Assembly (NCBI GenBank): GCA_030264375.1 | Contig: JASCQW010000099.1 | Coordinates: 36,167,739-36,231,738, forward strand | DNA: 64,000 nt | Source: Carcharhinus longimanus | Lineage: Eukaryota | Direction: 5' to 3' | Shown here: positions 22,885 through 36,123 of the stretch, one piece after another | How positions within the stretch are numbered: position 1 is the stretch's first letter | Layout of the letters: each line of letters starts with the position of its first letter | Position numbers and translations under genes: made by a program | The notes under the pieces: model-generated | Database searches by the model: none | Told to the model about the DNA's origin: nothing | Seen by the model: the letters and a program-made list of their open reading frames with translations, nothing else

Positions 22885-25800
22885 GATGCCTAGCCTCTGA
22901 TGTGCCCTTGCCACAGTATTTATATGGTCACAGTTTCTAGCCAATGGCAACCCCCCGCAAGACAATGGAGGATTCAGCAATGATAACGCCATTGAATGTC
23001 ATGGGGTGATAGTTAGATTCTCTTTTATTGGAGATGTTCATTGCCTGACATTTGTTGGCATAGATGTTACTTGCCATTTGTCAACCCAAGCCTGAATATT
23101 GTCCAGGTTTTGCTTCATTTGGATATTGATTTGCATCAGAATCTGAGGAGTCGTGAATGGAATAAACAGTCATCAGTGAACAACCTTTCTTATCTTTTGA
23201 TGGAAGGAAGGTCATTGTTGAAGAATCTGAAGGTGGTTGGGCCTAGGACACTACCCCAAGGAACTCTTGCAGGCATGTCATGGAACAGAGATGATTGTCC
23301 TCTATCCACCACAGTCATCTTCCTTTTATGCAAGGTTTGAGTCCTACCAGTATGGATTTTCCTCCTGATTCTCACTGACTCCAGTTTTGCTGGAGCTCCT
23401 AGATGCCACACTCGCTGCCTCGATGTCAAGGACAGACACTTGCATCTCACCTCTGGAAATCAGCTCTCTTGTTTATGTTTAAACCAAAGCTGCCAGGAGC
23501 TGAGAAGCCCTGGTGGAACCCAAACAGAGCGTTGGTGAGCAGCTTATTGCTAAGCAAGTGATGCTTTATTGCACCATTAATAACCCCTTCCATCACTTTA
23601 CTAATGATTGAGGGTAGACTGACAAGGTAGTAATTGGTCTGATTGGATTTGTCCACATTTTGCATCCAGGGCATACCTGGATAATTTTCCACATTGCTGA
23701 GTAGATGCCAGTGTTATTGGTATACTGGAACATCTTGGTTAGGGATGTGGCAAATTCTGGAGCACAAATCTTCATTACTATGGCAAGAATATTGGCAGAG
23801 CCATTTCAGTATTCCATGCCTTCACCTGTTTCCTGACATCACCTGGAGTGAATTGAATTGGCTGAAGACTGGCATCTGTGAGGAGGCTGAGATACATCAT
23901 GCATTCTTCGCTTTTGACTGAAAATTGTTGTGCTAAGAGCACAGTTGTATGCTTGATCTCGGGATTGGACATAGCTCGGCACAACATTGAGGGCCGAAGG
24001 GCCTGTACTGTGCTGTAATGTTCTGTGTTTCTAATGTTCTGTATATGTTTCTAAATGCTGAGTCTTTCCAAATCCCAAAAGCAAAACTTGAAACAACAGC
24101 CTTAACTGTACTTTTACAATTTGGTGTAATGTGAGGAAATGTTTGGAATCCGGACAATGATGTCCCATTGGTGATGATTTTAAACAAAATCAATGTTTAT
24201 TAAGCAATAAAATAAACAGTAGTAAAGCAAACTAGAAGTACACTTAACTAGACAATGACTGTTGCTAATTTTACACCGTTTGAAACAATCTTTATTTCAC
24301 TACTTTCAGAGCTAACTCTCCCCAAAATGTTCCACAACACCTATAGATTTCTTTTAAAAATCCAATAACAGTCACCACATCAGGCAGTTATATCAATTTG
24401 GAGTTGACTTTGAGGTAGACCAAACAGCAGGGTTTCTAAGATGGGCTTTCTTCACAGACACTGCTTGCTGGGAGTTAACCGGATATTCTTGTTGTTGATT
24501 GAGGTCTAACTAACAGCTTCCCTGCATAGGTTTAATCATGTATGTAGTTTTCCCCTTTGACCTTCCCTTATGTGGCCTAACTTCTTCATATGTCATATTT
24601 AATTACCTTCATTTCTTAATTTTAGCCTTTAGAGTATAGCTGCAAAGTTTATTCCCTTTATAACCCCCTCTTCACATCTGGCCTCTTCATTTGAACTTCT
24701 AATACCTTATTCAAATTCCTTCATATTCTGCTTCCCATTGTTGTCCACACATCAACATATCAAAGGTACTAGTTCCTAAGTTGTTCCTGCTTTAAGTAAC
24801 TTACATTTCCCACAGTTTTTAAGATATATAACCAGCAGAAAATATTCCTATTTCTTGGATTTCCCTGATATTTTCATTTCACTGCTATTTTCCTGACATT
24901 TGCGAATGAATCAGCCTTTTTTTCACTGATGTGCTAGGTTCCCTCATCATTGAGAATGAGGATATTTGTGGAGCCTCCTCATCAAGTTAGTTTTTAATTA
25001 AGACTACAGCGTGCAGGGTAGTCCTGTATCATAGCTTCATCAGGCTGACACTCATTTTAGCTATGCCAGGTACTGCTCTTGGCCTGCCTTCCTGCCCTCT
25101 TCATTGAATGAAGGGTGATCCCCTGGTTTGGCGATAATGATAGAAGGAGGATATGGCGGCCCATGAGGTTATAGATAGTGGTTGAGTACGTTTCTGCTGC
25201 TCATTGCCCACAGAGCCTCATGGATGCCCAGTTTTGAGTTGCTAGATGTGTTTGAAGTCAACCCCATTTTAGATTGGTGGGAATGCCACTCAGCATGCTG
25301 GATTGTCAATGTGAAGACAGGATTTTTTCTCCACAAGGACTGCAGTGATCACTGGTATGAATGCTGTCATGGTAGATAGATCTGTGGGATACAGGTTGAT
25401 GAGGATGAGGTCAAGCATGTTTTTCCTTCTCAGTTCCCTTTCCATCTGCGACAGACCCAGTTTTGCAGTTATATCCCTTAGGACTTGGCCAGCTTGGTCT
25501 GTAGTGGTGCTGCCAAGCCACTCTTGGTGTTAGATATTGAAGTCCCCCACCCAGAGTACATTTCACACCCTTGCTGCCCTCATTGCATTCTCCAAGTGAT
25601 GTTCACATGCAGGACTACTGATTCATCAGCTGAGGGGATATGGTATTTGGTATGCAGCCCATGTTTGACCTAATGCAGTGAGACTTTATGAAATCCAGAG
25701 TCAATACTATGTCCTGGAACAGTTGGCTCAGTGTGGCTAGTTCTGGAACATAAGTCTTCACTACAGATAACTGGTGTCAGGCCACACAGTCTTTGCTGTT

Positions 25801-26520
25801 TCAGGTGTGCTGAGCAATATCTTGATATCTAGTGGAGTAAGTTCAATTGGCTAAAGACTAACTAAACTCCCAATGTTGAGGACTGCAAGAGGAGACAACA
25901 ACAGATCATTCACTTGATACTTCTGACTGAAAATGTTTGCAAATACTTCAGCTTTGTCTTTTGCACTGGCATGCTGGGCTGCATCATCATTAAGAATGGA
26001 AATATTCATGGAGTTACCACCTCCACTTGTTAATTGGTTATTGATTTGGCCACTACCATTCACAAGGTATGTGGCAGAACTGCAGAGGTTTGATCTGATC
26101 TGTTAGTTGTGGGATAACACAGCTGTCTTTTAGGATGTATGTAGTTTTTGAGTTGTAGCTTCACCAAATTGCACTTATATTTAGATATACATGACATTCC
26201 TCATTGAGCCTGACTTGCTGGAAACGGTAGAATGAGGGATTTACTATGCCATGAGGTTGCAGTTTGTAGTAGGTCACAATTTTGCTGCTGTGCCTCGTAA
26301 ATTTTGTGTTGCTAGATTTGTTCTGAATTATCTTGTTTAACATGATGTAATGCTGCACAACTGTCTTCAGTGCAAAGATGGGATTGTGTAGCAATCACTT
26401 GTGTCTGTACCATCATGGACAGATGCATCTGTCACAAGTAGATTGGCAAGGATGAGGTCAGGTCTATTTGTGCCTCAGGTTGGTGTATCATCACCTGCTG
26501 TCGGCCCAGTCTAGCAAATT
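22885..26520 (-). mobile_element. Several overlapping decayed CR1-clade LINE fragments with an inserted block at ~23936-24898
   Basis: VPxGSVLGPTxF, NYxxVSLxSIISKVME and FGFHQ remnants on the minus strand. Confidence 0.75.
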
Positions 26521-26599
26521 TTGATTATATTTGCATTATTAAATTGGAGTAGTCTTCCAATTATTTTGAGTGAAACAAAATTTAATGACTGCTCTTTTA

Positions 26600-26885
26600 T
26601 AGCTCCTCCAATTTTGGCCTTTTGTGCATCACCAATTTTAATTGCTCACACTGTTAGCAGTCGTGCTTTTAAACTCCTGAGATTGCAATGGAATTCCTTC
26701 CCTAAATCTTTCCCCCTGAACCTTTCCCACTTTTGACATTTTTCATCCTTCAAAATACTCTTTGAAGCCCAATTCCTCGGTGATATCTCCTGTTTCCTTA
26801 TGTGCTGTGGCGCCTATAATTATTTTTGGTCATGCTCTTGTGAAGTGCCTTGGGACATTTTGTAACATAACTGTATAAACGTTAT
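26600..26885 (+). mobile_element. L2-type LINE 3' end
   Basis: TGGAATTCCTTCCCTAAA ... GTGAAGTGCCTTGGGACATTTT tail. Confidence 0.55.
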
Positions 26886-26921
26886 TCCTGTACATGTGTA
26901 AGTGTTGAATTTTTTCTGCAG

Positions 26922-26977
26922 ACAACGCTGCTAGATCTGGATGCCTTGGCAAGACATCTCGCTGACTGCATTCGTAG
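26922..26977 (+). CDS. USP34: USP34 coding exon (TTLLDLDALARHLADCIR-S)
   Basis: ctgcag| ... AG|gttggt; 56 nt, phase 0/2. Confidence 0.95.
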
Positions 26978-27058
26978 GTTGGTCAACATAAATTTTGAAG
27001 TTTTTCGCAGTTTTTTAATATGCATTGCTGCATCTTAATGTTCATTTTCTCTTTGTAG

Positions 27059-27179
27059 CAGGGAAATTCTTGATCAACAGGACAGTAGTATTGAAGATGA
27101 TGGACTTACAGGACTCCTGCGACTCTGCACTGTAGTCATAAAGCACAAGCCTCCATTTAAATTCTCCCGAGAGGGACAG
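27059..27179 (+). CDS. USP34: USP34 coding exon (REILDQQDSSIEDDGLTGLLRLCTVVIKHKPPFKFSREGQ)
   Basis: ttgtag|CAG ... CAG|gtaggc; 121 nt; preceded by an 81-nt intron. Confidence 0.95.
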
Positions 27180-27209
27180 GTAGGCAGCTCTTTAAGTGAT
27201 TATTATAGA

Positions 27210-27740
27210 AATTGCAAAAATTTATGGCACAGTAGGAGGCCACTCAGCCTTTTGTTCCTTTCCAGGCTTTTTGTTAGAGCAGTTTTGTGTTGCTCCCCTT
27301 CCTGCCTTTTGTCATAATCATCTTAGTTGTTCATCTTTAAATCCTGCGCAACTCACTCAAAATTATTCATAGAATCAGCTTCACCTTTGTCAACTAGAGG
27401 TTTCCAGGTCTGAGCAACTGAGTTAATAATTCTTCCTCATCTCCCATTATGTTCTATTTCTAATGATTTTGAATTCATAATCACTAGTTATTGATCCATG
27501 TGCCAGAGGAAGTATTTTTTCCAACTTACTCACCAAAACCTCTAATCATCTTAAAAATCTTGATTAGGTCACTTTTTAACCTTCTTTGTTCCAATGAATG
27601 AAGTCATAACTTTTCCAATTCTCATCACAACTGAAGTCCTTCATCTCCTGTAACGTGCATAAACTATCTCTATTTCATTCCAAGTCCTTTCCATCCTTCC
27701 TGAAGTGTGGTGCCCTGAATTGTCCACAATAAACCCCCCC
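27210..27740 (-). mobile_element. CR1 LINE 3' end, decayed
   Basis: YCxQFxAPHFRKD frame and antisense tail. Confidence 0.7.
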
Positions 27741-29390
27741 GCTCCAGAGGTGTGGGCTGTGTGTTGGGTGGAGAAGGCCCGAGGAAAGGCTGCAGTTTAG
27801 CAGCAGTAATGCTAATATTGTGACTGGAGGGAAGAGCGGGGTCAGGGCAGTGATGATTGAGATTGGGTCAGTGATGGGGAGTTCATGGAAGAGGGATTTC
27901 ACTAGTCTGCTTTATAGCCATCAGGGTCAATCTCTTTTACAATTTTCTGAGTTGCTTTGAGAAACATTATTCTAAAAATCTACAGTACACTGTGTTAGAG
28001 TCACATTATTATAGATCAACATTTCTATAACAGTTAATATTACAGCAAATCACTAAAAGACCATCAAATCCATGATTCCTGGCTTCTGAGCCATTTCTCT
28101 GCCCCAAGCTCCTGAACTCCACCTAGAGTAAAACTGTAGAACTGCACAAGCATGGCATTGGCAGCAAACGTGATCTGATAAAATGATTTGATAGGGTCGA
28201 TCCTGTGGCTGGGAAATCCAAAACAAAATGGCCTAATCTTAACGTTAGAGAAAGGATATTGAGCGGATAAAGTTTTCCTAGGGCCGTGGAAACCTAGAGC
28301 TTGCTTCCCTGAAGGGGTGTGGATGTGACTGAGAGTAAAAGTATCTGAGGGATGCAGAGGAAAACTGGGCAAGCGTACCTGTTGTCTAGGTCTGCTATGA
28401 TATATTCCAGACTGGATTTGCAGATCCGACTGCCCCCCTCCTATTCCCAAGTTCCTGAACCCACATAGAGAAAGTAGACAGAATGTGTGTATACAGGTAT
28501 GTGTTTGAAGCTAAAACAGGTGATTGATTCACTAGTATTTTACTTAAAATGTTCTACTTTTGAGAAAATACCAATAAGTATTTTTGAATTTGAGAAATAC
28601 TCCAATATTGTTGTAGATGGATTCAACCATTACTTTGCTAAGAATCATTAAAAAGAAACATTTGAAGCAAGTGAGGTGCAAGAAATTGCAATGAGACATT
28701 CGTATTCTTTTAAATATTGTGCCTGAATTTCTCCAATCACAAAGCTCAATATTCTTGTCTCATTGAGAGCAAGGGACTTGCAGAATACCCATGGCAAAAA
28801 TCATAGATATTTTCAACTAAACGAGGAATTCTTCGAATTCCCATAATTTCAAGTTGAATTACTTTCACAAACTGGTATCTGCAATAATATTTAATATAAA
28901 AAATATATACTGAAGCCAACAGTTGCCCCTCAAAAGTGGAGGATCACAATCCAAATAGTTTCTTTATGTTCTAAAAAATTGCAGATAAACTCATTGAGGT
29001 TAATTTTGCATGTTTCTCTTTTAATTGTTCCAGTTAATAAATGTTGCATGTTATTAAAATGTAAATATTAATTCACAAAAAAATTTACAAAAACAAAATG
29101 TGAAATTGGAATGATAGGATGTGCAGCCCATGTTGGCTTACTTCATTGTTATACAGTTTTGCTGTTGACCTAAATCAAGTACAAAGCAGGAATCATATCA
29201 AGGAAATCTATACCATCCAGTGATATACTACCAATTTACAGATTTAAATCACATTTTAAATCATTAAAATATTAATTTTAATAGCAGTACAAAATACATT
29301 ATCCAGGGTATGTTTAGTCAGTAGCTCAGTGGATTTTAGTGCTTGCGAAATACGACAATCCAAAGCAATATTTCTTCTGCTTTATTGTAG

Positions 29391-29574
29391 GAATTTCTGA
29401 GAGATGTGTTCAATCTCCTGTTTTTGCTACCAAGCCTGAAGGACAGACAACAACCAAAGTGCAAGTCACATTCCTCCAGAGCAGCAGCCTACGATTTGTT
29501 GGTGGAAATGGTGAAAGGATCAGCAGAAAACTACAGGTTGCTACACAACTGGGTGATGGCACAGCACATGCAGT
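29391..29574 (+). CDS. USP34: USP34 coding exon (EFLRDVFNLLFLLPSLKDRQQPKCKSHSSRAAAYDLLVEMVKGSAENYRLLHNWVMAQHMQ)
   Basis: ttgtag| ... T|gtaagg; 184 nt, phase 0/1. Confidence 0.97.
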
Positions 29575-29699
29575 GTAAGGAAAATTTATATCTCCATGAA
29601 AAAAATGGGCTAAATTCAGAAGAATGAGGAAACAAACTTTTCCATGAAGGCTAAATATAATATCTTAAAAAGAATTATGCTGAACATAGATCAGCATGC

Positions 29700-30860
29700 T
29701 CAAGACTAAATGGATGTGAATTTAAATAACATGGCTTTAGGAGAGAGATCCTCCATAACCATGCTCCTTGAACATTGAGGGAGTAAAATACTAGTCAACT
29801 TCAAAAAGGCATTTGAAATGGTTTTGCATGAGAGACAAATAGATATCATCAAAACTGTAGGATTACAGATGGAATTTGTGAATAGTTAAGTTGGAGTGTA
29901 GAAAACAAGAACTTTTGATAAGTTGCAAGTTATACCAAGGTGGATGGAAGTACTAAATTGGATGTCCCAGAGCTTCAAATTGAGACCACTACCATTTCTA
30001 ATTTCACTCAAAACTTGGATTCAAAAATTCAAGACAAGTTTGCCAAATTTTGGAGTTGATCTAAAACTTGAGCAGGAGGTGAGTAGGATAGTGAACAAAG
30101 TTGACAAAATGAGAACGCAAACCATTTGGATTTGAAACTTCTTGTAGAAGAATGCGAAGTACTGCTCAGTGGAAGCAAAAATGGATAAAATGCACATACC
30201 ATAAATGGTATTGAATTAGTTACTGATAAAGCAGAAGGAGACCAAGGACCCTTATTGGAGTTAATGCTCAACATGTCCAATCAATAAAGTAGCAATCAAT
30301 GAAGCCATTTAGATGTTGAACTACATAGACAAAATGTCGGAATACAGACAAGGGAAGGTCATGTTCAATTTGCACAGTGCTATGGTCAGTAGACATCCTA
30401 AGTATTGTATCCATTTCTGGTTGCCAGGAAACAAGTGAGATATTCAATTGCTGGAGACTCTGGAAATGAGCTCATCCCCTATGTCAGGGGTCTGAAATGT
30501 GAGAAAAAGCTGGAGAAACTTTGATTTTTCAGCTTGGGGGAGAAAAAAAGCCTCAGATTATCCAAGATAATTATGAAAATGTTAAATCTGGAATACTACT
30601 TTAAATCATGGGAGTAGGATGAAGTGCTATGGGTTTAACTTGCAACACGTAAATTTAGGACTAATACCATGCAGATTATCAGATGAAGTTAACTTCCAAA
30701 TTGGGTAGAAAGGTTGAAAATCCTGCAGTCATTTAAAAACAATTAGATGGAACAATCGGAAGATGGATGAGAGAGGAACGTACCATAGGGTCATTCTAGG
30801 TATTGTTAATACAGACTAAACAGTTCTCCCAATCTATAGTCATCTTTTTGATTTTATAAG
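29700..30860 (+). mobile_element. Ancient CR1-like LINE fragment
   Basis: DFxKAF and YCIHFWxP remnants. Confidence 0.55.
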
Positions 30861-33244
30861 GATCTCTGCTATTGTAAATGATTCCTAAGTATGCTGTCAA
30901 TTATTTTTTAAACGATCATATTACCATTTGAATTGAGAACTTAATCCTACTTATTTGGAAGAAAATCACAACTTTTTATGCTTAAGAGTTTTTTGATGTA
31001 TTTTCCATTTTTAAAGAGACATTAAATTGTCTAAACCAAGGGCACCACATTGGTGGGTGGTAAAGCTGGTGGGGGCGAAGAATCCAATGGCAATTATGCT
31101 AGCAGGATTTCCAGTTCCCATTGTTACTGCAATGATGGCATGGCACATGGTTTACAGCCACTTTTGACAAATAAGGAACTGGCAAACAGTCCCTGTGTGG
31201 GCACACAGGTAAGTAGGGAGAGAGTCAAGCTGCACAGGTAAGTAGGGTGAGAATCAAGCCCAGGCTATTCCCTGGCACCATGGCAGTGCCAGTGAAGGGC
31301 CTTCTGTTGAGTAGGTCCATGGCAGGGTTGGGGAGGGGATTGTCTGTGGCAGGGGCTTTTCCTATCTGTCTTAATACTCAAGTCAAAAAACGATAATATT
31401 CGACCTTTATGTTGACCAAGTAAATTTAGTAAAATATATAGGGTTGTGGTTCATAATAGATTTCTTTGCAAAAAATAAACTGCTGTTACAATTTGTAATT
31501 CTTGACTTTGTATCCTTGATTTGCACCTTTCTGCTCCTTGTAAGCCATAGAATACATTACACATGAAAACTGGCCCCACCAAGGAATTCTAGGAATGGAA
31601 TTGGTCCATACCCGCACTGCAAGAGTGACTTGTAGAGGATTGGCAGCTGATTTTTCATCACACCAGTGTTTTTTGACAATGTCTTAAATTTTAAACCTTG
31701 CAAAAGCAGTGAATGTAAAAAGAGTTTAAATTATAGCTCTGTGAACGTCAATGAAAAGATAAGGTGGCTTGAAAAATTAGCTTTTTCACATGGGCCAGTT
31801 TTGTGCTGCTTATGCAAATCAATTTTGTGTCTTTTCGCACTTCTTTAGTTATGGATACTCATTGAACTTTAAAGAAAAAATTTAGACCACTTTCTTAAAA
31901 AAAAAGTTCCAGGTTAGTCATTAGCTCATCACTATTAAATAGAATGCCATGAATAGATTAGTTTCTAACAACTGACAATTTCTAAACTTTCATGAGGCTA
32001 ACACTTCTTTTCTCAAGTAATCACAATTCTTTTGGTAGTGGATTAAAGTTTTCAGACTTCTTCTGGTGCTAATTCTCATTTTACCTTTAATTGCATGCAG
32101 GTAGGTAAAAAATTTCCCTTGCAATATACATTTGTATGCTAAGAAGTGAACAGGTAGTTAATTTTAAAGTACCATGCAGTTTAATTATACCTGGAAGTCT
32201 CCTTGTCCATGCTACAGCAACATTGGGCAGCCTGAATATTTCAGTCCTTATGGAAATGATCTCACAATATTGTATGGTAGGGAATTTCTAGAATCCGATG
32301 TTTTATGACTTTTGAGGGAAGCTTGGGACCTGATGGTGTTTACATGACATTGCTGCCCTTGACCTCAGTAATACAAGTAGGTGGAAGAGGGGTGAGAATG
32401 CTACCAAAGCCATATAGATGGTGAAAAGTCTGAGCTCAAAACATGAGTCACTCATGGCTGACTGCACAGCCTTTGCCCTACTCTTGTTACCTTGGTATGA
32501 GCATAAATGGACCAATTAAGCTGGGGAGTGATAATGACCAAGGTAATATTGGAGGATTCAGCAATAGTGGTGTCCTTTAAACTGAAGTGAGATCACAGGA
32601 TGTTCTGTTTTAATTAGCGTATCAAAGTAATATTTAAATCCAGCATGAATGTTGCCAGCATTTGTCTACCCAAGCTGGGATGTCAACCAAATCCTGCTGT
32701 TAAACATGGTCTCTGACCACATAGCATGCATTTCAGTAGGCAAACTTTCTCAGTATGAAGTGAAATTGTCTTTATATGTTTCTTCAGTTGCTTTGATTGT
32801 ATGCTGTATGGTACAAGTTGCATGTTCATGCACAAAAATTAGTATTTTGTCTGCGGGATAAATTTTATCTTGTTTAAATTATTCTTTTCCTCACCATATT
32901 CTTTTCCTTACATGCCTTACTCAACGTTTAAGTCATTGCTGTATGCCTGGTTCTGACAACTGGGGTATCTAAATTATTTTCTTAATTCACAGCATTTTTA
33001 ATTTTATTAATGCCTTTGAATTATTTTAGATATAGAATTACATGTACACAATGCCACAAATGAAAGTTTTAAAGACTAAAAATTGGTATTGTTTCCATTT
33101 GATATCTGAAAGGAGTAACCACAAATAAAAAGATAAATTTATTAATTCAGAGATATATTTTTCATTGTGTGGCACAAGTTAATGGAATCTCTTATGAAGA
33201 GCAGCACAATTATTTTGAACTAAATTCACTTTTTTTATATATAG

Positions 33245-33408
33245 CATCTCATGCACCATACAAATGGGATTACTGGCCTCATGATGATGTACGAGCCGAG
33301 TGCAGATTTGTTGGTTTGACGAATCTTGGAGCAACCTGTTATTTGGCTTCCACCATTCAACAGCTATACATGATACCAGAGGCCAGGCAGGCCATTTTTA
33401 CAGCTAAA
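33245..33408 (+). CDS. USP34: USP34 coding exon with the USP Cys box (SHAPYKWDYWPHDDVRAECRFVGLTNLGATCYLASTIQQLYMIPEARQAIFTAK)
   Basis: atatag| ... AAA|gtaagt; catalytic Cys codon TGT at 33337-33339 in the GLxNLGxTCY motif. Confidence 0.98.
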
Positions 33409-34179
33409 GTAAGTACTGATGAAACATTAAAACTGATATATACAGCAACTCAGGTACTTTGATGAATCTACTCAAATCAATCTAAGCATGAAACTAAACA
33501 AACTAGCGAAAATTAAAAGAACTTCCTTGTGATCCAACATAAAAATTAATTTTGTTCTTTTTTTCAGCCTTGATTTTATCTCAGAAGATAGACACCTAAG
33601 TTTACACTGTATTACTGATAGATTTATTGATATAATCTAATTATAGGAATATTATTTACAGTCATACATTGGGTTTATGTATATTTACTTTATTAATTTA
33701 TTTTTAACTAGACCTAGCAAATCTAGAGAATTAGTTTTAATACTTGACTCTCGCTCCCATTTGGGTTTCTTTTTTTAAGGCATCTCTCCCTTCTTCCAGG
33801 GTACAAGAAAAGTCAAGTAAATTAATACCTAGGTAATTCTACTGTCATTTCTTGTGTCCAACCTTTCCTTCGTATGTGCAACATTTGTTTGTAATTTCTC
33901 TGAGCTTTCCCTTTTGTTCTTTCTCAGCCGCAAAGACCATCTAATGCAGTTTTTAAGAAAAAAAACAAACATCTGCTGCAGTCTTCTGCCATTCAGGACC
34001 TCAAACCTGTGCGATGCCTTACTTCTGTTAGTCTTTCCTCCTGTGATAGTCAAGCTTTTAAAACCCAAGTTTGCCATCACAGATAGCACTTAGGAGCTTT
34101 AACTTTAACCTTCGTTCCTCAACATAAAATAAACGGCAAGTAATTGATTCAATAGTACAATGCGATTCAATAGTACAAT

Positions 34180-35990
34180 TCATTTTACAGGACATGGATG
34201 TCACTGGCTAGACCAGCAGGTTCTCCCCCACCCACCCACCCACCTCTCTGCTTGTGGAAATAGGTCCACTCTATCTTGGCCCCTCATAATTTTACACACC
34301 TTAATTAAATCTCCTTTCAACCTCCTTTGTACCAAAAGCAATTCAGACTATCCTATCTTGTAGCTAAAATTCTCCACCCCTGGCAACATCCCTGTAAAGT
34401 GTGATTACATATTTTCTGTAACATTGGGATCAGAACAGTATGTGGTACTCTATCTGCAGTCTGACTAGTATTTTATATGTTCTGTCATCATCTGCCTGCT
34501 CGTGTACTTATTCTCTGCTTCAACCAATAAAATATCCTATGTGCTTTCTTATCCAAATTTTTGACCTGCCCTATCTTCAGGGATCTGTGGACATATTCCA
34601 TGACCTATTTATTCTTTTATACTTCTCAGCATCCTATCATTTCTTGTGTATTACCTTGCCTTGTTTGCCCTCCTTGTGCATTATTCAGACTTCTCCCGAT
34701 AGAATTCCATTTATTATATTTCTGCCCACTTGATCAGTTGTTATTTTCAAGTTGTTATTTTCCTCACTATCAACCACATGGTCAATTTTCATATTATTTG
34801 CAAACTTACTAATCAAACCCCCAACATTTAAATCTTATGTTGTTTGATACAGGTCACAAATAGCAGTATTGAGTCTTGAGGAGCCCCATTAGAAACAGTC
34901 TTCCGATCAGCTGTCAACCATTACCTTTTGTTCTAGCCATTGAACTAATTTTGGATCTCTCTTGCCACCTTTCCTTAGATCCCCTCAACTTTTAATTTTC
35001 TGACCAGTCTGCAATGTGAGGTCTTGACATAAGACTTGCTAAAATCTATGTGGACTATATCAAATGTGTTACCCTCATTGGCTTCCTTTCGGTCCTGACC
35101 GCTTAACAAATCCATGTTGACTACCCTTCATTAACCTGTGTTTTTCTAAATGATTTTATACCGTGTCACGGAATTTCTTCCAGTATTTTTCCCAACACTG
35201 AGTCAATGCTGACTGTCCTGAGCCTCACTCCCTTTAAAAAAAAATTACAACATTTCGGTCCTCCAAAACCACACTGGTAGACAGAGAGGATTGGAAAATG
35301 ATGGTCAGAGCTTCCACTATTTCTTCCTTTAGCAACCTTGGGTGGGATTTTCCCGTCCTGCTCGCCATGGGATTGTAACGGTGTGGACAGCATCAGGCAA
35401 AGGTCAGTTGATCGAGGGCAGGATTTTTCTGGCCTTGGATTGAATGCAGCTGGAAAATCCTGCCCCCGGATACATTTAATTCAGCTGTGATTTATGCACT
35501 TTAAAGGTTGCTAAACATCTTTAGATTTCCTTCCTTACAGTGTTTACTCCATTGATTATTTCACACTGCTCTTCATGAACTACGGTAGTAGTTTTCAGTC
35601 TGTTTGTGCTAAATCACAGCTCAGCTTATTAAAATTAGTCTTTACCTAATTTATATCTTTTACTCCTGTCCACCCTTATCCTTTTCTGTAGTTTTCTGTA
35701 AATCTAACTCAATTATGATTATCACTAAAATGTTCTCACACTTATACCCCTTCCACCGGCCAAGATTCATTCTCTAAATTAAGTATAAAATTGTCTCTTG
35801 CTGCCCTTGCTATGTACTGGCTAGAAATGCTTTCCAGAATGCATTTTAATAATTTGTCCCCTTTTGTGCCTGTTGCACTCAATTTATCTCAGTTTATGCT
35901 TCTTGGCAACTTGCTTACATATTTATTCTTCTAATTCCTGCTGATTGAGTTTCTAGTATACTCCCGGCTGGATGGCTGCCTCTGTTTTAT
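34180..35990 (-). mobile_element. Decayed CR1 LINE interrupted by a MITE
   Basis: Antisense RT remnants (DFSK, QHGF, SVLGKILE). Confidence 0.7.
35340..35465. mobile_element. 126-bp MITE
   Basis: GGGTGGGATTTTCC ... GGAAAATCCTGCCC; similar to 42660-42785 and 3710-3823. Confidence 0.75.
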
Positions 35991-36088
35991 TCATGATGTT
36001 GAGATGCTGGTGTTGGACTGGGATAAGTACAGTAAGAAGTCTCACAACACCACGTGAAAGTCCAACAGGTTTATTTGATAGCAAAAGC

Positions 36089-36123
36089 CACTAGTTTTCG
36101 GAGCACTGCTCCTTCATCAGGTA
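36089..36123 (-). ncRNA. Minimal hammerhead ribozyme motif in pLTR
   Basis: UAC-CUGAUGA-A-GGAGC(AGU)GCUCC-GAAA-AC-UA-GUG. Confidence 0.65.

Noticed and set aside
24125-24898. TG...CA bounded block resembling a solo LTR
   Set aside because: No exact TSD and no second copy in the window; left unclassified.
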